Program-made: the position numbers and the translations under genes
From: a virus
Taxonomy: Duplodnaviria; Caudoviricetes
Virus record (IMG/VR): IMGVR_UViG_3300048599_000739
Span: 1-45,600 of that record
DNA length: 45,600 nt
Strand: one strand, 5' to 3'
The notes under the pieces: generated by a model
Databases searched by the model: none
Seen by the model: the letters and a program-made list of their open reading frames with translations, nothing else
What the model was told of the DNA's origin: nothing
Shown: positions 35,767 through 43,691 of the stretch, one piece after another
Numbering within the stretch: the stretch's first letter is position 1
Layout: every line of letters begins with the position of its first letter

Positions 35767-36674
35767 TCTGCCGCCTCCAAGGTCGGAAGCTCTGCGATGA
35801 ACAAGTCCTCTTGCCGCTCCTGCGCTTCGAGATATCGGCAGGCATGTTTGAAATACGACGGCTTCAACTCAATGCCGATGAACTTGCGCTTGAGTTTAAG
35901 AGCCGTGACGCCTTCCGAACCTATGCCCATGAATGGCGACAAGACCACATCGCCCGGATTGCTCCACATCGTCACGGCGCGCTCGATCAGATCGAGTTGC
36001 AGCGGACATAGATGCCGTTCGTCGGCATTATCTTTCGCCATGCGGACGTTGAGCGTGTTGGTCTGGTTTATATCCATCCAGACCGGCGATGCCCATTTCT
36101 GCCACTGTGAAACCGGGAAATTCTCCGGCATGTGGCCGACCGGCTCGGCATTGTCGCCGGGCTTGCGGAACACCAGGACATAGTCGGCCATGCCCATGCG
36201 GGATCGAGTGCTGTCCTTCTTCAATTGCTTGTAGAGCAGCCCCAGCGCCTTGGTGCGGGTCATTTCCACGACTGGATCGCGCCAGATGCAAATGCGGGAA
36301 TGGAAAATCCAGCCAGCATCTTGGTGCAGCCGGACGATATCGCCGGGGAAGTCCTTGAGGCCGATCACACCGTCTTTCCATTTGGAGGATGGCAGGTCGG
36401 AGCAATGAACGGCAGTCAGCCGGCCCGGCTTGGTGATCCGCAATTTCTCACGGATCAGAAACGCATAGTGCCGGTTAAATTCATCGTCCGACGTGCAGTT
36501 GCCCATATCGGCTTCACTGTCGGAATAAACGAAGATGTTCTGGAACGGCGGGGAGTAGATCGAGAACCCGACCGTTTCATCCGGCAGTTGTTCGGCCACA
36601 GAAACGCAGTCGCCGTTGTACGCCATCCAGTTCTCGCCCGACGCCGAGTCAAGGCATTCGATCACGCGGCCCAT
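35763..36674 (-). CDS. Beta-class amino (N4-C/N6-A) DNA methyltransferase
   Basis: YSPPF motif IV precedes VLSPFMGIGS motif I. Confidence 0.9.
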   Translation of the reverse strand: MGRVIECLDSASGENWMAYNGDCVSVAEQLPDETVGFSIYSPPFQNIFVYSDSEADMGNCTSDDEFNRHYAFLIREKLRITKPGRLTAVHCSDLPSSKWKDGVIGLKDFPGDIVRLHQDAGWIFHSRICIWRDPVVEMTRTKALGLLYKQLKKDSTRSRMGMADYVLVFRKPGDNAEPVGHMPENFPVSQWQKWASPVWMDINQTNTLNVRMAKDNADERHLCPLQLDLIERAVTMWSNPGDVVLSPFMGIGSEGVTALKLKRKFIGIELKPSYFKHACRYLEAQERQEDLFIAELPTLEAAE

Positions 36675-38023
36675 GCCGGCACCCCTGCTTTGTGATTTGG
36701 CTGATAGGAAGTCTTGCGACTGACCGTCTTTTCAGTTGCCCGCGCCATCGCGGCTCGCATTGCCGCCTTCATCGTGGCGTGGTCATCAGCTTTGCGATCG
36801 ATCACGCGGGCGATGGCGTCCTCGCCCTCCGCGACGATCAGATGAACCTGGACTTCACGCTTTTGCCCGAACCGCCAGAACCGACGCACGGCCTGATACC
36901 AAGCCTCGTATGAAAACGTCCGGCCGACAAAAGCCGTCCGAGCGCAATGTTGCCAGTTGAGGCCAAACCCGCAGATTGCAGGCTTTGTTACGAGAACGCG
37001 GATCGATCCGTCCGCAAAGCCGCGAAGCGTTGCCTCTTTCTGCTCCGGCGAATGAGATCCCCGAACTTCGGCGGCACCGGGCAGCAACGCCATCACGGCA
37101 TCCGCCTCATAATTGCTATCCACCCAAACAACCCACGGCTCCGAACCGTCGATCAGTTCGGCCACGGCTTTCGCTCGGCTCCCGGCCGTCTTGCGCTTAA
37201 CGTCATGCATCGACGTGGCCGACATATCGACCATGCCGAACAGATCAGATCCCTTGATGGGTGAAGCCTCGGCGCGGTGCCTGATGATCTTCATGGGCGG
37301 CAGCACGAATCCGGTATCGTCGCCGCCAAGATCGGACGGCAGTTCCGCCATCCGCGACCACGACGCGCACCAATCCCAAAAATCGTTGACGGCGTGTTTC
37401 TTGAGACGCCATTCCTGCGATGCTGTGGACGTGTCGTTGATGAACCAGCGCATCAGCATTTCGGACGACGGCATGACGCCAAGGAAGTCCGATTGCTGGC
37501 CTAACTCCATATGATCATTCGGAGCCGGCGTGGCCGTAGCGGAAAGCCGGAAACGGTGCTGCGAGAAGGCTTCGATCAGCGCCCGCGAGGTCTTGCCGGC
37601 GAACGATTTGAGAATTGAGCTTTCGTCTAAGGCGACCGCTCCGAATGCCGATGGATCGAGTTTGTCCAACCGGTTATAGTTGCAGATACTGATGCCGGGC
37701 TTTGCTTCCGACTGATCGCTGATCACTCGGGCGTCATAGCCCCAACGCTTCGCTTCCTGCTCTATCTGCCATCCGACCGATAGTGGCGCGAGGATCAGCG
37801 CCTTGCCGTTACTGGCCTCGGCGGCATGGAACGACCACTCCAGTTCGCAGGCGGTCTTACCCAGCCCGGTCGAAAGGAAATTCCCGGCCGAACCGGCGCG
37901 CAATGCGAACTCGACACATGAACGCTGAAACGGGAAGAGATGATCGGCGAGCGCCGGCACCTTGGACAGACCGCGCTCCTGCGCTCGAATAGCCTTGCTG
38001 GCGAGAAATTCGGCGTAGCTCAT
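36662..38023 (-). CDS. SNF2/SF2 helicase-like ATPase
   Basis: TGLGKT, LDESS, TATPAPND, GFGLNWQ and QAVRRFWRFGQ motifs. Confidence 0.9.
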   Translation of the reverse strand: MSYAEFLASKAIRAQERGLSKVPALADHLFPFQRSCVEFALRAGSAGNFLSTGLGKTACELEWSFHAAEASNGKALILAPLSVGWQIEQEAKRWGYDARVISDQSEAKPGISICNYNRLDKLDPSAFGAVALDESSILKSFAGKTSRALIEAFSQHRFRLSATATPAPNDHMELGQQSDFLGVMPSSEMLMRWFINDTSTASQEWRLKKHAVNDFWDWCASWSRMAELPSDLGGDDTGFVLPPMKIIRHRAEASPIKGSDLFGMVDMSATSMHDVKRKTAGSRAKAVAELIDGSEPWVVWVDSNYEADAVMALLPGAAEVRGSHSPEQKEATLRGFADGSIRVLVTKPAICGFGLNWQHCARTAFVGRTFSYEAWYQAVRRFWRFGQKREVQVHLIVAEGEDAIARVIDRKADDHATMKAAMRAAMARATEKTVSRKTSYQPNHKAGVPAWAA

Positions 38024-38184
38024 GAGCAAGCCCTCGCGGCCTTCTCATGCTCCGCCAGTTCGCGCATCCGTTCGCGGACAATCACGACGGGAGTGGTGTC
38101 CGTCTTCCGCGCTAGTTCCTCAATGAAGGCGCGAACGTCTGGCGGGAATATCTGAAGGAGATTGTTTGAGGCGCGCCGAGTCAT
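38020..38184 (-). CDS. 54-aa putative ribbon-helix-helix protein; missing from the ORF track
   Basis: MTRRASNNLLQIFPPDVRAFIEELARKTDTTPVVIVRERMRELAEHEKAARACS; ATGA overlaps at both ends; GGAGG upstream. Confidence 0.7.
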   Translation of the reverse strand: MTRRASNNLLQIFPPDVRAFIEELARKTDTTPVVIVRERMRELAEHEKAARACS

Positions 38185-38453
38185 TCGGTCACCTCCGGAC
38201 GTGCGGCGAGTTTGGCCTTATTGCGCTCGAAGCGGCGTGATTTAATTTTCGGACTGATATGATACAGGACGGTCGAATGATCCCGATTCATGATCATCCC
38301 GATTTGGCCCGTAGTTTTTCCAAGCGCCTTTAGTCTGGCCATGATCTCCTTGCGCGCGGCTACGAAGTGGCCAAACTTGTCGTGACCAAGAATGTCCTTT
38401 GGCTGAATTTTATACTTCGCCGCGACCTCTCTGATGATCGTTTTGCTGTTCAT
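38181..38453 (-). CDS. DnaA C-terminal-type HTH protein
   Basis: IG...NRDHSTVLY DnaA domain IV signature. Confidence 0.8.
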   Translation of the reverse strand: MNSKTIIREVAAKYKIQPKDILGHDKFGHFVAARKEIMARLKALGKTTGQIGMIMNRDHSTVLYHISPKIKSRRFERNKAKLAARPEVTE

Positions 38454-38923
38454 GCCGCCCGCTCCCTTGGCATTGGAGCAACAGCGCGTTCAGAAGATGT
38501 TCCAGGTCCTTGGGAGAGAGCCGCGTGCGCCGGGCAATAGCTCGACCCATCACCAGTTCGATTGCCGCAGAACGTATGAAGTCCTGTATCAGAATCACGG
38601 TCTTCATCAGGCCAGCGGCATTCCATGGCCTTAAGATCGAGGATTGGAATACGGCGGGAAACCACATCGGCCACGCGCGGCTTGAATGTTTCCTCAACGA
38701 GCGCTGGCACCGCCTTGGTGGCGCGAGCAGTCGTTATCACCCTGCCCATGCGCTGATCGGACGGCACCCCTTGGGACAAACCAAGACGCCGAATTTTCCC
38801 GATTACAGCATGACGAGACATGCCGCCGAGTTTGTTGGCGATTTGGCGAGCAGATAGTCCTTCAGCGCGAAGCTTCTTGAGTTGCCTCACCTGCTGGTCG
38901 GTCCATGTCGCAACGATCTGCAT
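38450..38923 (-). CDS. gcrA: GcrA-family regulator
   Basis: WTD....LKKL..EGLSA.QIA..LG..SR.AVIGK..RLGL and CRWP...FCG....SYC..H; ATG 38923 coupled by TGATG. Confidence 0.85.
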   Translation of the reverse strand: MQIVATWTDQQVRQLKKLRAEGLSARQIANKLGGMSRHAVIGKIRRLGLSQGVPSDQRMGRVITTARATKAVPALVEETFKPRVADVVSRRIPILDLKAMECRWPDEDRDSDTGLHTFCGNRTGDGSSYCPAHAALSQGPGTSSERAVAPMPRERAA

Positions 38924-39396
38924 CACGATGCACCTCCCACACGGATGCGGCGGCAATCGGCCTGCAGAAGCGAGATGTTATCCTTGACGTCCTCCGCTCT
39001 GCGCTCGATAGCCTCGGCCTCGCGCGGCGTCACCTTGTTGTCGGCAACCGCGTTGCACATCTCGGAAATCAATTCTCCGGTCTCAACACCGACCGCGCCG
39101 ATATGCCGATTGATATCCTCGGTCTTGATGCCTCGTTCCTCACGAACCAGTTCGTATCCGCGAAGCTCGGCCCATGCCCGAAGAATGCGATCGCCACCGG
39201 ATAGCGCGTCTAAATCCACAGCGATGTCGAGCGGGATGAATTCCGACCGCTCTGGATTTCCATAACGGCTGAGTTGAGCAGGATCGCAGCGGGTATTGGC
39301 CGCGATTTCATGCAGCGGGCCTGCATCTTCGCAGGCGCGTCGCGTGGCCGATTTGATGGCGAGATAGTCCGCGCGGGTATATGGACGTCCGGTCAT
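38923..39396 (-). CDS. Phage regulatory CII/CP76-like protein
   Basis: LSRY......FIPLD and D.KVT..EA..I motifs; position downstream of cro. Confidence 0.7.
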   Translation of the reverse strand: MTGRPYTRADYLAIKSATRRACEDAGPLHEIAANTRCDPAQLSRYGNPERSEFIPLDIAVDLDALSGGDRILRAWAELRGYELVREERGIKTEDINRHIGAVGVETGELISEMCNAVADNKVTPREAEAIERRAEDVKDNISLLQADCRRIRVGGAS

Positions 39397-39405
39397 GTTC
39401 TTGCC

Positions 39406-39615
39406 TCAGAATGGAATTTCATCCGCATCGATTTTTCGGAATTGGACGGAGACCTTCTCGGCCGCACCGACCGTGGCGAGGACGTAGAACCGAACGCCCG
39501 GATTGCGGTCCGCAAGGCGCTCAGCCTCGGCTTTGGCTTGCTGAAAGGTGTCGTGAATGACATTCGGCGCACCTTGACCATGGCCGTAGACCATGAAGAA
39601 CGGTTCGGACCTCAT
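39406..39615 (-). CDS. Hypothetical protein
   Basis: P...H.T...A..EAERLA..NPG..FYVL motif ending DEIPF. Confidence 0.75.
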   Translation of the reverse strand: MRSEPFFMVYGHGQGAPNVIHDTFQQAKAEAERLADRNPGVRFYVLATVGAAEKVSVQFRKIDADEIPF

Positions 39616-39714
39616 TGGCGTGATCCTTCAATGTTCGCGTTGATTGTTGAGTTGTCGCCGCGCCGGCTTTGCCCTTTGCTTCGCGCGTAGTTCTGTTGCG
39701 TAGGAGTACGGGCC

Positions 39715-40059
39715 ATGCGCCCCATAGAAGCGAAGCTGGCGGCCATCGGCGGCACCCGGCAGATGATTGCGGACGACAGCTTCGCGCTATTGGTGGCGGT
39801 GCTTGTCGATTGCGGAGCGGTCCCGGCGAATGTCATGAGCGCGGGACTCCGTGGTCTTGCCGATCAGCTAATCCGCAAAGCTCGCGGAGAACTGCTGACA
39901 GACTGGGCAACCTACCCTGCTGAATGTTTCGACCGTGCCCGCGATCTGGATCGACTCGCGGCCCGGTTAGAAACACCGGCAGCGGATCGAGCGCATCCTC
40001 AACCGCAGCCAAGCAGACGGCATCAATCATCGCCTGACGTGACGGCTGATAGGTCATGA
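39715..40059 (+). CDS. Putative antisense-encoded protein within the early operon
   Basis: AGGAG RBS; helical, protein-like translation. Confidence 0.45.
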   Translation: MRPIEAKLAAIGGTRQMIADDSFALLVAVLVDCGAVPANVMSAGLRGLADQLIRKARGELLTDWATYPAECFDRARDLDRLAARLETPAADRAHPQPQPSRRHQSSPDVTADRS

Positions 40060-40084
40060 AGGGATTGGGAAGCGCGGAGGTCAT
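39833..40084 (-). CDS. Hypothetical protein
   Basis: ATGA overlaps at both ends; overlaps the plus-strand ORF. Confidence 0.4.
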   Translation of the reverse strand: MTSALPNPFMTYQPSRQAMIDAVCLAAVEDALDPLPVFLTGPRVDPDRGHGRNIQQGRLPSLSAVLRELCGLADRQDHGVPRS

Positions 40085-40542
40085 GGATTGCGGCGGCCCT
40101 TGCGCGAAACCGCCTTATAAAGCTCGTCAAGCCGACCGGCTTCCTCGATGGTGTCCAGACCATGTTGACGCAGGTACTTCCGCGCGCTGTCCAGCATCGT
40201 CGGCGAGTCGATCAGTTCGGCGACCGTCACATATTCCGATGTTTCCGGCACGTAGTAGGTGCCGCGTCGCAATTCAGCGACATACGGGAAAAGATCGGGA
40301 TAGAGTTCGGCCATATGCTGCTGTTCATCCGAGCGAGGTAGCTTTGTGACCTCGTTTCGAACACCGGCCTTGACGCCGTTCTGGAAGAACTTGATTGCGC
40401 CTTCGGTTTGCGCCGCGCGCGCCGTTTCCGGGTACAGCCGCTCGATAATACCGTTCGCGATTACTGACGGGTTTCGCGTCTGCATTTCAACGATCAGCGC
40501 CTGCACCATGGATGGGAACGTCGCAATCTTTTCATGCAGCAT
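40081..40542 (-). CDS. Hypothetical protein coupled to the DUF3102-like gene
   Basis: GGAGG RBS before ATG 40542. Confidence 0.75.
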   Translation of the reverse strand: MLHEKIATFPSMVQALIVEMQTRNPSVIANGIIERLYPETARAAQTEGAIKFFQNGVKAGVRNEVTKLPRSDEQQHMAELYPDLFPYVAELRRGTYYVPETSEYVTVAELIDSPTMLDSARKYLRQHGLDTIEEAGRLDELYKAVSRKGRRNP

Positions 40543-41458
40543 GTGCCGCCTCCAGAATCGAGTTGAGGAAGTCGCGACAATCGGAAATGTCCTTGAGGCA
40601 TTCGTCGCGCTGGTCGTCATCGTGGAAACCGGCGAGCACAACAGCCGGTTTGACTTTCTTCGCCTTAACGCGATCAAGGATCAGGCGGCACATCGTCACC
40701 ACCTTGTGCATTTCCTCGTTTTCGGGCGTCGGCTTGCGGTAGTCTGGATTTTTGTTGGTGGCTTTTTTCCCGCCGTTCCGCGCGGCATCTTCGACAGCGG
40801 CGCGCATGGCTTTCATGACAGGATCATTTTCGGCCGCTTCGATCTTGGCCTTGAGTGCGTCGATTTCGTCTTGCTTCGCCTTAACGGCAGCGTCTCGCGC
40901 GGCATCGAATGTCGGCTGCAATGGGTCGGCTGTTGCCGCCGATTCAAGTTCTTTGATGCGCTTTTCGGCTTCGGCCTTTGCAGCTTCCACCTTTTCCAGA
41001 GCCGCCTTTTCGGAAGCCTTGAGCGTGGCCTTGAACTCATCAGCCTGCTTTGCGGCGGCTTCCTTGATTTCCTTCACCTGTGCGGCGGTGAATACTTCGC
41101 CCGCGTCAACGCGATCAGCAATAACCGCCTTAACGTCCACTTCGGCTGCGGAAACTTGAAGTTTTGCGGCGTCCGAAAGTGTCCAAAGCTCTGGATACTT
41201 TCCAACACCATCGAACATTTGAACCGCGTTGTAAGCCGTAGACCGCGATATGTGAGGCAAGCGGCTACTCAGCCAACCTTCAAAGCCCCCATCATCGCGC
41301 TTGAAGCGGAACAGCTCTTGTGCCCGCTTCAACTCACGACCGATCTCGATAGTGGCGTTGCCGGTAATTCGTTCGATGTTTTGGGCGTGTTGCTCGATCT
41401 GCTGTTCGACCGTGGCAACGTCAGTCGTATTCGCGTCGGTTTTGGCGACGTGGTTCAT
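40532..41458 (-). CDS. DUF3102-like DNA-binding protein with coiled coil
   Basis: IEIGREL..A......GGFEGWL.....ISRSTAYN motif. Confidence 0.75.
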   Translation of the reverse strand: MNHVAKTDANTTDVATVEQQIEQHAQNIERITGNATIEIGRELKRAQELFRFKRDDGGFEGWLSSRLPHISRSTAYNAVQMFDGVGKYPELWTLSDAAKLQVSAAEVDVKAVIADRVDAGEVFTAAQVKEIKEAAAKQADEFKATLKASEKAALEKVEAAKAEAEKRIKELESAATADPLQPTFDAARDAAVKAKQDEIDALKAKIEAAENDPVMKAMRAAVEDAARNGGKKATNKNPDYRKPTPENEEMHKVVTMCRLILDRVKAKKVKPAVVLAGFHDDDQRDECLKDISDCRDFLNSILEAAHAA

Positions 41459-41670
41459 GCTGCGGTGTCCTGTGGTGCGGGGATGACATCGGGGCGCAGT
41501 TCGTGCGCCGGAATTTTCGTGATGCGCGCAACGTCGAAGACCCGCTCAAGCGGGATTTGCTCCCACTGGCTCACCGCCGATCGCGTGATCTTCAATTCGT
41601 CCGCCAGCTTCGTGACGCCGCCGACAGCTTCGATGGCGCGCTCTTTGGGGCTCTTGGGTGCTTCGCTCAT
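41455..41670 (-). CDS. cro: Cro/YdaS-like HTH regulator
   Basis: GGVTKLA..L.ITRSAVSQW..IP...LRPD; divergent from cI. Confidence 0.88.
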   Translation of the reverse strand: MSEAPKSPKERAIEAVGGVTKLADELKITRSAVSQWEQIPLERVFDVARITKIPAHELRPDVIPAPQDTAA

Positions 41671-41745
41671 GGTTAGTATTACTAACCCATGGTTAGCCGA
41701 TCGTCAAGCGACACTAACCTCGAAAGCTGGTTAGCAGTGCTGCAC
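41671..41745. promoter_or_regulatory. cI/cro operator-promoter region
   Basis: Perfect 17-bp palindrome GGTTAGTATTACTAACC (41671-41687); related sites at 41703-41719 and 41729-41745; half-site at 41691; TTGACG -35 on the minus strand at 41707-41702. Confidence 0.8.
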
Positions 41746-41754
41746 ATTCGCGAG

Positions 41755-42489
41755 ATGGCAAAGGGCAAGCAAAAGACAGGGCTGGGTGCCCGCATCGCTT
41801 CGGCGCGCGAACAGGCCGGGCTATCGCAAACGGACTTGGCAAAGGCTTTCGGGCTAACCCGGAGTTCAGTTTCCCAATGGGAGGGCGAACTTACGGAGCC
41901 GACCCCGGCGAATCTCCGCGCTATCGCGATGCGGTGCCGGGTTGACTACGATTGGCTGGCGACCGGACGTGGCGACCCTGAATTTGAAGATACGCCCCAC
42001 GTCAACGAGGGCGAAACGTTCGACCAACAGGCGACGGTACCGGGCGGTATCAAGGAAATCGATGTTCGGGCCGGGCTCGGCGGCGGCGGCGAGGTTCAAC
42101 CTCACCAGGCTTTGCAGTTGGGCGAAGTCCTTACGCCAGTAAAGGACGAGGCTTGGCGTTTCCCGAATCGGTTCATGCGAGAGGAAATCCGCGCGCCGGA
42201 AAGCCGGGTTATCATCCTAGAAACGCAGGGCGACAGCATGGCCCCGACTATCCTGTCAGGTGATCGGGTGATCGTCGATACCGGCCACAAACTCCCCTCG
42301 CCTGACGGCATCTACGCGGTGCGCGACCGATACGGCTCAATCGTGGTGAAGCGATTGCAAGTCCTCCGCAAAGGCGATCCGCCGGTTATCAGGATTATTT
42401 CAGACAATAAGGCGCACGACGCGGAAGACGTCGGAGCCGACGAAATTCATATCGTGGGGAGAGTGTTGTGGGGCTTAAAACGGCTCTGA
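41755..42489 (+). CDS. cI: CI-type repressor (XRE HTH + S24 autopeptidase)
   Basis: GLSQTDLA...SSVSQWE HTH; AG cleavage site; GDSM.P Ser and VKRL Lys. Confidence 0.93.
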   Translation: MAKGKQKTGLGARIASAREQAGLSQTDLAKAFGLTRSSVSQWEGELTEPTPANLRAIAMRCRVDYDWLATGRGDPEFEDTPHVNEGETFDQQATVPGGIKEIDVRAGLGGGGEVQPHQALQLGEVLTPVKDEAWRFPNRFMREEIRAPESRVIILETQGDSMAPTILSGDRVIVDTGHKLPSPDGIYAVRDRYGSIVVKRLQVLRKGDPPVIRIISDNKAHDAEDVGADEIHIVGRVLWGLKRL

Positions 42490-42950
42490 TCGCTGCGGCA
42501 TTCGTGGTGATCAGCCTTCCGGCGAATGCCGCATGGAAGGTCACCAGCAAAGTAGACCGGATGACGGACAAGGCCGAAAAGAAGGCGTCGGTCACAGCCA
42601 AAGCGCCAGATCACGGCGTTTCCGCTACGCTGTACGTCTACTGCCTTGGCTTCAAGGGTGACACCAACCCGATTGTCAATATCCAGACGACGGCGCGCTT
42701 TACGCCGGGCCGAATGGGTTTGCGCTACCGACTCGACAATGACGAAGCGGAGCCGCGCTTCATGCCAGTCGATAGCAGCGGACACGGCATGTCGCTTTGG
42801 GCGGAGCCAATCACTTTCTTCGGAAAGAAGCGGCTGCGAGTGGAAATGCAGCCTGCCGGATCGAACAATCTGTTTTTCGAGTTCGATATCAGCGGCGCCG
42901 AACAAGTCATTCGCGGCCTCGGCTGCAAGAAACTGAGCATGATGGACTGA
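42468..42950 (+). CDS. Exported protein (moron)
   Basis: Signal peptide ending ANA; W....D.MTD motif; two Cys. Confidence 0.7.
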   Translation: MGLKTALIAAAFVVISLPANAAWKVTSKVDRMTDKAEKKASVTAKAPDHGVSATLYVYCLGFKGDTNPIVNIQTTARFTPGRMGLRYRLDNDEAEPRFMPVDSSGHGMSLWAEPITFFGKKRLRVEMQPAGSNNLFFEFDISGAEQVIRGLGCKKLSMMD

Positions 42951-42954
42951 TTTG

Positions 42955-43422
42955 ATGAAGCCGATCCTTTTAGCCACTCTGGCCCTATCCATGGTCTCCG
43001 CTGGCCCTGTTCGGGCCGATAATGCTAGCGGACAACCTACTACCGAAGAATGTAGTCAGGCAGGATCGTATAAACCGACAGCGGATGAAATTTCAAAAAT
43101 GACGAAGCGTCAGAAAGAGGCTGCGAAGATTCGCTTGGAAGCCTCGCTGCAAACGCTCAAAAAATGCCTCAACGCAGAGACAGAGAAATTCCTCAAGAAA
43201 GCGACCGTTTCCAAGGAAGAAGCGGCTCAAGAATGCGCGCGGCGCGGCGAGCCGAAAATAGGCATGTCGGCAGTCGAGCTTGTCGAAACATGTTGGCAAA
43301 AACCAAAACGGATTTTGAAGAAAACAACCGCTTCAGGGGTCGAAGAATCTTACGTTTACGGCATCGGAAAATCCGTCACACTCATCGACGGCAAGGTGTC
43401 TGAGATTTTAGAGGCCCGCTAG
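42955..43422 (+). CDS. Exported protein (moron)
   Basis: Signal peptide ending VRA; IGMS..E....W..P and Y.YG motifs of small beta-domain envelope proteins. Confidence 0.7.
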   Translation: MKPILLATLALSMVSAGPVRADNASGQPTTEECSQAGSYKPTADEISKMTKRQKEAAKIRLEASLQTLKKCLNAETEKFLKKATVSKEEAAQECARRGEPKIGMSAVELVETCWQKPKRILKKTTASGVEESYVYGIGKSVTLIDGKVSEILEAR

Positions 43423-43434
43423 CACGGAGGGGGA

Positions 43435-43674
43435 ATGAGCGACGACCTAGATCCACTCGAATCCGTCGCAGCATCCGAGCTTGTGACGTCGGCGCTTGTT
43501 GCCTCGCTGATTCCGACGCTGGTGGATCGCGGCGTTCTGTCACCGCAAGATGCCCGCGAGATTTACGAGAACGCCCTGCTGTTGATTGAGTCGGGTCAAG
43601 GCGACTTGCCCGCCGTCCAACGGATTTACGAAGCCGCGCGGGAATTGATCGAAGCGCACTTGAGGCCGGAATAG
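43435..43674 (+). CDS. Small acidic hypothetical protein
   Basis: GGAGG RBS. Confidence 0.7.
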   Translation: MSDDLDPLESVAASELVTSALVASLIPTLVDRGVLSPQDAREIYENALLLIESGQGDLPAVQRIYEAARELIEAHLRPE

Positions 43675-43691
43675 GCGCCGGCGCGAAATCC

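Noticed and set aside
40346-41734. 462-aa plus-strand ORF
   Set aside because: Antisense shadow of cro and the DUF3102-like gene; no motifs; long shadow ORFs are expected at high GC
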